NCBI GenBank assembly: GCA_035357435.1
Contig: DAOPNM010000001.1
Span: 8,448 to 40,447, forward strand
Direction of reading: 5' to 3'
Length of the DNA: 32,000 nucleotides
DNA from: an archaeon
GTDB taxonomy: Archaea; Iainarchaeota; Iainarchaeia; Iainarchaeales; CSSED10-239
Part shown: positions 25,301-32,000 of the stretch, piece after piece
How the letters are laid out: each line of letters starts with the position of its first letter
Numbering within the stretch: position 1 is the first letter of the stretch
Program-made: the position numbers and the translations under genes
Notes under the pieces: model-generated
What the model was told of the DNA's origin: nothing
Seen by the model: only the letters and a program-made list of their open reading frames with translations
Databases searched by the model: none

Positions 25301-25954
25301 CATTAAATCAAAAAATGTTATGTTTGCCAAATATGTTTGTTTAAATCCTAGTTCTTCTGCTATTTTATGTAGTTGTTCTATTTCTGTTTTTAGATCTTTT
25401 GTATATGTTTTGTTATTTGATGTTGCTTTTAGTTCATTTAGGCTGTCGTTTATTAAAATATAGTCATTGTATATTTCTTCTTCTGCAATTTTGTCAATGT
25501 TTTGTGATTGTAAGTATATTGCATAATCTTTTAGTAATATTATACTGTTTGTTGTGGATTTGTCAATAAATGTAAAAATGTTTGAAATGTAAAAAAATAA
25601 ATCATTACTTTTGTCTACCATGTCGTTTGCATCTTTCCATTTTTCGCAACCAGTGTTTATATAATCTATTGTGTCTTTGCTTTTGTTGAAGTAAACAATT
25701 GCTGATGCAAGGTTGTTTTTATAAATTAGTAATTCATTGTGTATTTCTTTTGTTAAGTGTTCAGAAAAATAAATAGTTGGTGTTTCTTCCATACATTTAT
25801 TTTGTGTGTTACATGATGGGATATCTGTAGATGCATAATGTGTTATTGCAAGACAAGCTTGCCTTTCTTGTGTGGATAATAAATTAAAACATCCGCACAG
25901 GCAACACAGGAAAAGAAGAAATATGTATATAAGATAGGTATTTTTTCTTTGCAT
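22394..25954 (-). CDS. Giant (1186 aa) surface protein: signal/lipobox-like N-terminus, Cys-containing head, beta-rich middle, long K/E/N/I-rich coiled coil, C-terminal TM anchor (hypothetical)
   Basis: N-terminus YLIYIFLLFLCCLCGCFNL. Heptad-like low-complexity stretches make up most of the length. There is a central beta-rich block (YYLKIKNLFSFELNDITIAPD...LYPGENYYKITYTNKK). The C-terminal TM helix IATVGIILCIFLIMYFFF is followed by a basic tail. Confidence 0.65.
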   Translation of the reverse strand: MQRKNTYLIYIFLLFLCCLCGCFNLLSTQERQACLAITHYASTDIPSCNTQNKCMEETPTIYFSEHLTKEIHNELLIYKNNLASAIVYFNKSKDTIDYINTGCEKWKDANDMVDKSNDLFFYISNIFTFIDKSTTNSIILLKDYAIYLQSQNIDKIAEEEIYNDYILINDSLNELKATSNNKTYTKDLKTEIEQLHKIAEELGFKQTYLANITFFDLMAYYLNVSTQASSDAVVPVITPSITYAFGKFSNITTLKKININLEKADNYNLYLTLDRIIGNKNSLSTQFITITNKINTDLDTIYNKITNLEKYIYDNQNYLDEQTKQKYLNSKYLFEYKNLTFGEYLATLKDINLDIEKNKIEEINLNEKITQETTECNNIIENAKEKNNIYLNYLIENYEKENNNLNKKEICDQIKNNLNISDCVNKLDQLQKTGLFEELNGIYIKEIDDNKCQSIINNLNYKLEHYTKIKLLKELITKNKKIIYELESAIDNDDYLNIQEIISHNEKIKKIEKETNIDKILDIDKKIQEQTDIYTALIELCKIQENKHIQNNYEITYLNGEYYLKIKNLFSFELNDITIAPDIKYNELEINGNEIIKKTNKLVITTLYPGENYYKITYTNKKEITTKIISLGLNECLLETTIKNQVIGIKDHIYIGEYIQLISKEVDINGEEITYITQKENKIYYTKKLLEKTNLLQNIENLNKERYIIKEKFIIKNNYEKQITGEIDIYHLNLQDTFILKENNKTKDTINVEGDIRINIEINPNEAKTYEIQILKNTDDIINEINQTIAEITRLQNSRFKEIQNLANEYFKESKNIQWKEQYTIEEIKQIYNYQPKIEEIKTLEQKLETIEEQYFITLEELNKMNLSTEDKQEINGIDEIKYNNIQEAYNKILNIKLKQEANKEQKIEETKQNIDKNIVYYKNILEEYDLNSPETNKLINELIEKKEETLIPEIDKKINGEIEKNAKRIYSEITQIMEGLDVKEINELIEKVYYIFEEYTLQEIYDINYFPPITTTDAERLEKKIKFLDTATLDNELTELKEAYSKKEYLKIIDAISPETTTRLKEIYEEKNLLEKGYNQIKKDAQQTIDKKIEENKIYKNKEIDTLIENAKEEYNKGKYLTAISLLSNATVKEPQKNQKNIQIATVGIILCIFLIMYFFFRADNSKKKKKIDYQEKRMKVIRHT

Positions 25955-26013
25955 ATTTTATTGTTTATGCAAAAAGTTTTAATACCATTTTCTTATAATT
26001 ATATTTTAGTTAA

Positions 26014-26364
26014 TTAAAATCTAACAATTCCATTTGCATTAATTGTTACTATTTTGTATTTTATTTTTCTTTGTTGCAATACTGCTAATATGGCACAATG
26101 TTCTTTTCCACTTCCAGAATGTAGATTTAATTCTAGTTCTGTAATGTTTTTTGGAAGTTTTTTATCAATATCATCCATTATTTCACTAAATCCTTTTCTT
26201 GGATCAATGATTATCCAATTTACTTTTTTGCTACAGTTAAATTTGTCTTGTGCCCATTCGTTTGATATTAAATATACATTATCATAATCACTATTATCAA
26301 TAATGTGTGCAACTTGCCCCCATGTGCCTTTCCCTTTACTTAATACACCTAAAAAAGTTTTCAT
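26014..26364 (-). CDS. Small (116 aa) Rossmann-like alpha/beta protein, possibly CARF-like (hypothetical)
   Basis: Alternating beta/alpha pattern: TFLGVLS-KGKGTW-GQVAHII, NVYLISN, NWIIID, ELELNLHSGSGKEH-CAILAVL, KYKIVTI. The NLHSGSGK loop after strand 4 resembles the D/N-x-T-x-G-x-[KR] loop of Csa3-type CARF domains. This is an inference only. Confidence 0.45.
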   Translation of the reverse strand: MKTFLGVLSKGKGTWGQVAHIIDNSDYDNVYLISNEWAQDKFNCSKKVNWIIIDPRKGFSEIMDDIDKKLPKNITELELNLHSGSGKEHCAILAVLQQRKIKYKIVTINANGIVRF

Positions 26365-26373
26365 AACACCACC

Positions 26374-26682
26374 TTATATTTTTACTTTTTTTTCAATATT
26401 TTTTAGTAGTTCAATAAATTGTTTTCCTTGTTCGTCTATTGCATATATTTCTATATTGTTAATAGTTGTTTTTTTTATAAAGTTTGTTTCTAATAATATA
26501 TTTAATATATTATATAGTGTGGTATTATTTTTAAAACTTGCTTTTCTTTTTAGATCATAAATATTTTGTGATGTTTTATATATTTCTTCTAATATATTTA
26601 GCGCTTGTTTGTTTTCTAAGAATATGTATAATTTAGGATTTCTTTGTAATATTCCAAATAGTTTTTCTGTTTCTATATCCAT
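26374..26682 (-). CDS. Small (102 aa) winged helix-turn-helix protein (ArsR/MarR-like, hypothetical)
   Basis: Helix-turn-helix-wing pattern ALNILEEIYKTSQNIYDLKRKASFKNNTTLYNILNILLETNFIKKTTINNIEIYAIDEQGKQFIELL. It lies 9 nt upstream of the 116-aa gene. Confidence 0.5.
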   Translation of the reverse strand: MDIETEKLFGILQRNPKLYIFLENKQALNILEEIYKTSQNIYDLKRKASFKNNTTLYNILNILLETNFIKKTTINNIEIYAIDEQGKQFIELLKNIEKKVKI

Positions 26683-26691
26683 TTTCCCACA

Positions 26692-28218
26692 CTATATTTT
26701 TTTACTCATATATGTTCCATCTAAATAATATTTTTGTTTTATAAAATATTCTCTTACACCAATTCCACTGATTACTGTTATTTTTTCATAATTATTTTTT
26801 TTTGCAATTTCTTCTGCAGTTTTTAGAAGTTTTTTCCCAATTCCAATGTGTTGTATATTTTTTTCTGTAAATTCTGTTGTTTGCCCATATACATGAAGTT
26901 CTCTAACTATTGCTGTTTTTTTGTTTATTTGTTTTATGAATGGTTTATATGGAAATCTTAATCTAATAAATCCTAAGAGATACCCTTCACCTTCTGCATA
27001 TATAAAATATTCTGTTCCATTTGAAGCAGTATATTTTATTTTTTTAATTACATATTTGTTTATTTTTATGTTTTTGTGTGGTTCTGAACATCTTATACAG
27101 TTGCATTTTTTTCCTTGTTTTTTTAATTCGTTTTGTACAAATTGTCTTATGTTGTTATATTTTGTTCCATCTATTATTTTGGTTGTTGGGATGTCTCTCT
27201 GTATCCTCATTATTCTTATCCATTTTGGAACAATTTTTTTTATATCTACAATTAACGATACCATTTCATTAATGGTGTATGGTTTGTATTCCCCTGCCCT
27301 GTACATTTTTTCTAATTGTGAATTTTCTATGACTGCACATGGATATATTTTGAGCATATCAGGGCAATATTCTTGATTTGTAAATATTTCTTTAAATGAT
27401 TCTAAGTCTTTTTCATAGTTGCTTCCTGGCAACCCTAACATCATGTGATACAATACTTTAAATCCAGAGTCTTTTAATAATTGTGTTGCTTCTTTTATTT
27501 CTTTAACACCATGTCCTCTATTTGTTATTTTGTGAATTTCATCATGTGTAGTTTGTACACCTATCTCTATTCTTGTTGCACCATAACTTCGTAGTCTTTT
27601 GATTATTTGTTTGTTACAATAGTCAGGTCTTGTTTCAAAAGTTAATCCTACAATTCTTCTTTTTGAGTATATTGCTTTTTTTTGTAAGTAGTTTAAATTT
27701 TTACTTTTTGAATCAGTTATTGCTTGATATATTTTTATCATAAATTGTTTTTGATATTTAATAGGTGTGGCAGGAAATGTTCCACCCATTACAATTAGTT
27801 CTATTTTGTTTGTAGGGTGCCCTGTGTTTTCTAATTGTTTTATTCTTGATTTTATTTGTTTGTATGGATCATAGTTGTTTATTTTTCCTCTCATTGATGC
27901 AGGTTCATATCCTGTATAGCTTTTTGGTATGTTTTTAAATGTTGGGCAGTAGGTGCATTTTCCAGGGCATTTGTATGGCTTGGTCATTACTGCAATTATT
28001 GTTACTCCTGATAATGTTCTGTTAGGTTTAGTTATGAATGTTTCTGTTGGTTTGTTGATGTTTAATGCAAGAAGAATATCTGATGTTAATGGAAGTTTTT
28101 TTAAATGATATTTTTTTGCGAATTCCCCTTTTTTAATTTGAAGTTCTTTTTTGGTAATTGTGTTTAGATTAATGTCTTTGAAAAATTCATGTATTCTATT
28201 TATATCTTTTTTTTCCAT
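26692..28218 (-). CDS. elp3: Elp3-type radical-SAM/GNAT tRNA uridine(34) carboxymethyl-modification enzyme
   Basis: Radical-SAM region VTIIAVMTKPYKCPGKCTYCP, a TIM-barrel body (RIEIGVQTTHDEI, LYHMMLGLPG) and a C-terminal GNAT domain (VRELHVYGQ...QHIGIGKKLLKTAEEIA). 508 aa. Confidence 0.9.
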   Translation of the reverse strand: MEKKDINRIHEFFKDINLNTITKKELQIKKGEFAKKYHLKKLPLTSDILLALNINKPTETFITKPNRTLSGVTIIAVMTKPYKCPGKCTYCPTFKNIPKSYTGYEPASMRGKINNYDPYKQIKSRIKQLENTGHPTNKIELIVMGGTFPATPIKYQKQFMIKIYQAITDSKSKNLNYLQKKAIYSKRRIVGLTFETRPDYCNKQIIKRLRSYGATRIEIGVQTTHDEIHKITNRGHGVKEIKEATQLLKDSGFKVLYHMMLGLPGSNYEKDLESFKEIFTNQEYCPDMLKIYPCAVIENSQLEKMYRAGEYKPYTINEMVSLIVDIKKIVPKWIRIMRIQRDIPTTKIIDGTKYNNIRQFVQNELKKQGKKCNCIRCSEPHKNIKINKYVIKKIKYTASNGTEYFIYAEGEGYLLGFIRLRFPYKPFIKQINKKTAIVRELHVYGQTTEFTEKNIQHIGIGKKLLKTAEEIAKKNNYEKITVISGIGVREYFIKQKYYLDGTYMSKKI

Positions 28219-28229
28219 AAGTTAGTTAT

Positions 28230-29054
28230 TTATATATGTGCTAGTATTTTATTAAAAAAGTAAATTGGTAATGTATTTACATTAAATAAAGGATAATAAA
28301 AATTATTTGTCCCATATTCTCCAGTTATTGTTTTTTCTGTTTCAATTTGTACGTCATATATTATTATGTTTTCTTTATTTGTTGTGTCATATCTGTTTTC
28401 TTTATTAAAATATTTTGTAAAGATATATATTGAAAAATTAGTTTTCCCAATTTCTTTTGGGTTTATTTCATAGGTTATGTCTGTTACACTATTTGGTTGA
28501 AGTGTATAGTATTTGTATTTTTTTACATTTTTGTCATTAAACCAATATTCTGGCAAGTCAGAGGATACTATTATTTTTTTTGTACTTATTGATTTATTTA
28601 TAATTTTAAAAGAAAATGTTTTTGTTTCATTATATTTTGTATATGTGTTGTATGGTTCTAGTACAGAATAAATTACATTATTTGTAATATTTACATTTAA
28701 GTTTAGTTGTTTTTGTTTGTTTTCTCCAGTTAATATAATTTTTATTGTGTACGCTCCTGAAAGTTTATCACTAACTTCTATAGTTGCAAATATACTTTCT
28801 TTTGTTTTTCCTTGGTTTTGGATAGATATTTCATTTTGTTGTGTAGGGTCTATTGTTATTGTATCATATCCTTCTTCTTTGTTTACTAAAAAACTAACTA
28901 AAAAATATTCTCCTGGTGACGCATATCCAAGATCAAGTGTGTCAATATTTGTTAGATCTTGTGTTATTGGTTCTAACATTTCTAATGAGTATGTTTTATT
29001 GATTGTTAGTATAAAAAAGCATATAATTAGTCCAAATAATAGTTTGTGTTTCAT
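28230..29054 (-). CDS. Secreted beta-rich protein (274 aa, hypothetical), first gene of the co-directional block
   Basis: Signal peptide KLLFGLIICFFILTINKTYS. Beta-sandwich-like segments (SGAYTIKIILTGENKQKQLNLNVNITN, KTFSFKIINKSISTKKIIVSS, VTDITYEINPKEIGKTNFSIYIF). Confidence 0.55.
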   Translation of the reverse strand: MKHKLLFGLIICFFILTINKTYSLEMLEPITQDLTNIDTLDLGYASPGEYFLVSFLVNKEEGYDTITIDPTQQNEISIQNQGKTKESIFATIEVSDKLSGAYTIKIILTGENKQKQLNLNVNITNNVIYSVLEPYNTYTKYNETKTFSFKIINKSISTKKIIVSSDLPEYWFNDKNVKKYKYYTLQPNSVTDITYEINPKEIGKTNFSIYIFTKYFNKENRYDTTNKENIIIYDVQIETEKTITGEYGTNNFYYPLFNVNTLPIYFFNKILAHI

Positions 29055-29072
29055 AGTTTCCTCTTTTGTTTT

Positions 29073-29104
29073 TATTTTAAATGATTATATTTTAAATGAT
29101 TATA
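29073..29104. repeat. Perfect 2 x 15-bp tandem duplication (ATTTTAAATGATTAT)
   Basis: Period-15 identity runs over 29073-29104. The minus-strand TATA-like ATTTAAAAT of the proximal copy is centred about 24 nt upstream of ATG 29054. It lies in the divergent spacer shared with taw3. Confidence 0.9.
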
Positions 29105-29164
29105 AATATAAATTGTATATGTTAATATATTATACATTACTAAACAATTAAAAATATATGTTAT

Positions 29165-29809
29165 ATGTCTACAGACAATAAATTAAATTCAGATTTTTAT
29201 ATGGTGCATTCTGTTAATCAAAGATATAATATGACTCGTATGCATCATATCTCTAGATTAAAAAAAGAAATTAGTGAAGGGCGTGTTGATGTGCAAGTCA
29301 TTCCATTTTTATTGAAAGTGTCGGAGTTGCCTGATGTTTTTACTGCAAGTAGTTGTGCAGGGCGAATTATTTTGTTGTCAACAAATAAATATGAAGATAA
29401 GAAAATTAGTACTTTTTATAAAAGGTACCATAGGAAAATAACATTTTCGGAACTTAAAGATGATTTACAGAAATCCACTCAAAAAGAAATTTGGTTTAAA
29501 GTGGAACCATTTATTTTTCATTTTGGTACAAAGGATTTTGATAAAGCAAAAGAAATTTTGTGTTTAGCTCAGCAAATGGGTTTAAAGAAAACAGGGATTA
29601 TAAGTGTTACACAAGGAAAATATATTGTTGAAGTAAATTCTACTCAATATTTGTCTTTGCCATTAAAAGTAAATGGCAAAACAATTGTAACTGATATGTT
29701 CCTAAAAATTATTGTGAATAGAGCAAATACAAAATTAACTCAAAATTATGCTCGTTTAACCCTTTTTGAAAAAAAGTTTTTGAATAAATTTGGGAGATCT
29801 AAAAAATAA
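29165..29809 (+). CDS. taw3: tRNA wyosine-derivative methyltransferase Taw3/TYW3 homologue
   Basis: Family-typical layout with the SSC-x-GRI motif (VFTASSCAGRIILLS), then WFKVEPFIFHF and the downstream beta-rich region. 214 aa. Confidence 0.78.
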   Translation: MSTDNKLNSDFYMVHSVNQRYNMTRMHHISRLKKEISEGRVDVQVIPFLLKVSELPDVFTASSCAGRIILLSTNKYEDKKISTFYKRYHRKITFSELKDDLQKSTQKEIWFKVEPFIFHFGTKDFDKAKEILCLAQQMGLKKTGIISVTQGKYIVEVNSTQYLSLPLKVNGKTIVTDMFLKIIVNRANTKLTQNYARLTLFEKKFLNKFGRSKK

Positions 29810-29812
29810 TAT

Positions 29813-30826
29813 TTATTTTTTATTTTTTTTAATTGTTTTATTATCTTGTTTTTTTGATTGATTTATAAATTCTTGAATTAATGGTAAGTATTGTTCTAAT
29901 TGTTTTTCAGATAATCCTTTTTCTATTTCTGTTATTTCTTTTGCAGGGTTGTGTATTGATGAAATGTTTGATGAGATTTTGTTTAAAATGTTTGTTAATT
30001 CTAATGGGAATATTATTTTTGAAGATTGTCCCTCTGCCATTTTTTCTAATGCTTTTATATAATAATATATTACTGCTTTTTCTGATAAGTTTTCTGTGGC
30101 TTCTTTTACTGCTTGTATTTTTGCTTTTTCTCCTTCTGCCAGTTCATATATTGCAAGTTTTCTTTCTACTGCTGCTTTTTGTTCATGCATTGCAGTTATG
30201 ATGTCTTCAGGGAGTTTTATTTCTGTGATTTCAACAGATTGTACTTTTATTCCCCAATCTTTTGAAACTTCGTCAAGTCTACTTTTTAAGTTGTCATTTA
30301 TTTTTTTAATGTTTTGTATAACCTCTGATGAATTTAGTTCCCCAATTACATTTCTTAATTCTGCAATTACAAACAATGTTATGGCTTCTTTGAGTTCTTC
30401 AACTTTTATAACAGAATTTATTACACTTTGTTTGTCTTCTTTAACAGAAACGTAAACGACACTATCTATTTTAAGTTCTATATTATCTTTTGTGAGTGCA
30501 ATTTGTGGTTGTGTATCTATTACTTGCGTTCTTAATGACACAATTTCTGCTTTTTCAATTCCTGGGATTATAAATCTCCATCCAGGATTAAGAACTCTTT
30601 TTAGTTTTCCAAATCTAAAAACAACTGCTCTTTCATATTCTTTTAGTTGTATAATTATTTTTAGTTTAAATAATAAAAATATTATTAATATTATTCCAAG
30701 GGTCCATAGAAGAAATGTAACTATTTTTTTTTCTAAAATGAATAGAAGTATAATTAATGCAATGACTATACAAAATAATATTGCAAAAAATGTGTTTTTT
30801 ACATTTTGTTTTGGCATAATTCTCAT
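29813..30826 (-). CDS. SPFH/Band 7 (stomatin/prohibitin-like) membrane protein
   Basis: Two N-terminal hydrophobic segments precede an SPFH core (EYERAVVFRFGKLKRVLNPGWRFIIPGIEKAEIVSLRTQVIDTQPQIALTKDNIELKIDSVVY, WGIKVQSVEITEIKLPEDI) and a coiled-coil tail. Confidence 0.85.
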   Translation of the reverse strand: MRIMPKQNVKNTFFAILFCIVIALIILLFILEKKIVTFLLWTLGIILIIFLLFKLKIIIQLKEYERAVVFRFGKLKRVLNPGWRFIIPGIEKAEIVSLRTQVIDTQPQIALTKDNIELKIDSVVYVSVKEDKQSVINSVIKVEELKEAITLFVIAELRNVIGELNSSEVIQNIKKINDNLKSRLDEVSKDWGIKVQSVEITEIKLPEDIITAMHEQKAAVERKLAIYELAEGEKAKIQAVKEATENLSEKAVIYYYIKALEKMAEGQSSKIIFPLELTNILNKISSNISSIHNPAKEITEIEKGLSEKQLEQYLPLIQEFINQSKKQDNKTIKKNKK

Positions 30827-30892
30827 GTATTTAATTGTTATTAATGTTTTTAATTCTTTCTGTATTTATTATTTAATATAAAATGGATGTAT

Positions 30893-32000
30893 ATGGTTCA
30901 AACAAAAAAAGTAGATGTGCCAATAGCTGAATCAAAAGAAGTTAAACAAGATATATTGCAGGATAACCAAGAAAAACAAGAAAAGATATTGATTTTATCT
31001 ATAGATAGAGATGATGATATTGGTCAAAAGATAGGTGTTTCTGGGCCAATTGTTGGGATATCTAAAAATTTAAAGGTTGCTTCTGATTTGGCAATTGCAG
31101 ATCCAGAGGAGTCTGATGCTAATTGTATATTTGCTGCAATAAAAAGGTATAAAGAATTAAAAGATACTGCGTCTGTTGAAATTGCAACATTGACAGGTAA
31201 TACAAAACAGAATATGTATTATGCAGATAAAAACATAAATTTACAATTAAGGCAAGTCTTGGATCTTTTCCCTGCCACTGGTGTTGTTTTTGTAACTGAT
31301 GGTGCTGAAGATGACCAGGTGTTGCCAATAATTCAAAATTATGTTCCAATTATTTCTAAAGAAACTGTTATTATTAAACAAGCAAAACATATTGAAAGTA
31401 TGTTTTATACGATCAAAAAAACATTACAAGATCCGTTTTTTGCAAGAACTGTGTTAGGTGTTCCTGCAATTATTTTGTTGTTGTTTGTGTTTGTTCCAAA
31501 ATATGCATGGGAAATTATTGCTTTTATTTTGGGTGTTTTCTTATTAACTAAAGCATTTAATTTAGAAAAAGTTTTTTCTAGATTTTTTAAAGATATTAAA
31601 AATAGATTTTCTTCTATTACTGTTAGTTTCCCATTTTATATAGCATTAATATTTTTTATGATTTTTGCAATTGTTGAAACAATTTCATTATATGGTGCAA
31701 ATCCAGAATTTGAGACACTATTTAGAATTGTATATGTATTACGTGCAACATTGTTGTATTTTGCATTAGCTTTTTTGTCTTGGATTATTGGTTTGATTAT
31801 AGATTCATTTTATTTTAAAAAAGTATATGTATTAGGTAATAGAATATTTAGTTTATTTTTTGTAATTATTATTTTTATTTTAATTGATTATTCTTTGCAA
31901 TTAATTATTCATAATATTAGTTTTAATTTTTTTATCACTTTAATTATTCTGTCAACAATTATGTTAATTTTGCTTTATAAGGTTACAAGTGTTTTTGATG
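30893..32000 (+). CDS. DUF373-family archaeal integral membrane protein; 3' end lies outside the window
   Basis: My own translation; the frame is absent from the ORF track because it has no stop in the window. The soluble N-terminal domain reads ILILSIDRDDDIGQKIGVSGPIVG...ADPEESDANCIFAAIK...VTDGAEDDQVLPII. It is followed by multiple TM helices. The start is ATG 30893 or ATG 30887. Confidence 0.72.
   Translation, partial: MVQTKKVDVPIAESKEVKQDILQDNQEKQEKILILSIDRDDDIGQKIGVSGPIVGISKNLKVASDLAIADPEESDANCIFAAIKRYKELKDTASVEIATLTGNTKQNMYYADKNINLQLRQVLDLFPATGVVFVTDGAEDDQVLPIIQNYVPIISKETVIIKQAKHIESMFYTIKKTLQDPFFARTVLGVPAIILLLFVFVPKYAWEIIAFILGVFLLTKAFNLEKVFSRFFKDIKNRFSSITVSFPFYIALIFFMIFAIVETISLYGANPEFETLFRIVYVLRATLLYFALAFLSWIIGLIIDSFYFKKVYVLGNRIFSLFFVIIIFILIDYSLQLIIHNISFNFFITLIILSTIMLILLYKVTSVFD

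Noticed and set aside
29813-30826. A stomatin operon partner (NfeD-type membrane protease) expected next to SPFH genes.
   Set aside because: It is not present. The neighbours are taw3 (convergent) and the DUF373 gene (divergent). Absence in one window is not informative without the full genome.
880-31349. Many 60-165 aa ORFs in the track lie antisense to, or out of frame within, the long genes. Examples are 1093-1590(-), 3444-3815(-), 5111-5488(-), 9283-9630(+), 10621-11094(+), 22516-22842(+), 26921-27376(+), 28717-29151(+), 30096-30455(+), 30492-30881(+) and 31119-31349(-).
   Set aside because: Each is fully nested in a longer ORF with clear family motifs on the other strand or frame. Their translations are low-complexity F/L/I/S-rich strings typical of shadow frames in AT-rich DNA.

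Overview
This is a strongly AT-rich window (roughly three quarters A+T by eye, not computed) and is very gene-dense. It looks like chromosomal DNA from an archaeon with a reduced, DPANN-like genome. The archaeal markers are TFE, aTrm56, Elp3, Taw3, Cdc48, a DUF373 protein, an initiator tRNA with A1:U72, and tRNAs without encoded CCA. TAA, TAG and TGA are all used as stops, so no recoding is evident.

Gene content in order:
- glmS (3' part), a membrane protein, an Lrp/AsnC regulator, type IA topoisomerase and Cdc48.
- A bacterial-type cold-shock protein.
- A co-directional cobA-nrdJ-pyrG block: cobalamin adenosyltransferase, AdoCbl class II ribonucleotide reductase and CTP synthase.
- A Xer-type tyrosine recombinase, a PRC-barrel protein, two N-rich orphan ORFs and tRNA-iMet.
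- TFE, aTrm56 and a tRNA-Lys(CUU)/tRNA-Lys(UUU)/tRNA-Phe cluster.
- Bacterial-type MutS-MutL.
- A co-directional minus-strand block: a secreted protein, Elp3, a small wHTH protein, a small Rossmann-like protein, a 1186-aa membrane-anchored coiled-coil surface protein and a CARDB/S-layer-like surface protein.
- Taw3, an SPFH/stomatin protein and a 3'-truncated DUF373 membrane protein.

I saw no CRISPR array, transposase, rRNA or intein.

The most interesting unexplained structure:
1. A 20-bp imperfect inverted repeat starts 2 nt after the recombinase stop codon and ends on the ATG of an orphan gene. It brackets a 0.7 kb cassette and is a candidate invertible segment.
2. Four perfect GTAATTAC palindromes at about 30-bp spacing flank the TATA box of an orphan gene next to tRNA-iMet.
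3. A TCTTGGWAC motif occurs five times in intergenic DNA. Two 30-bp direct copies bracket 8.7 kb that include the recombinase.
4. Three perfect two-copy tandem duplications (29, 18 and 15 bp) each sit on a promoter or TATA region.
5. A split wHTH plus CARF-like small-protein pair is embedded in the surface-protein block.

All functional calls come from reading the translated ORFs for family motifs. No database search was run.
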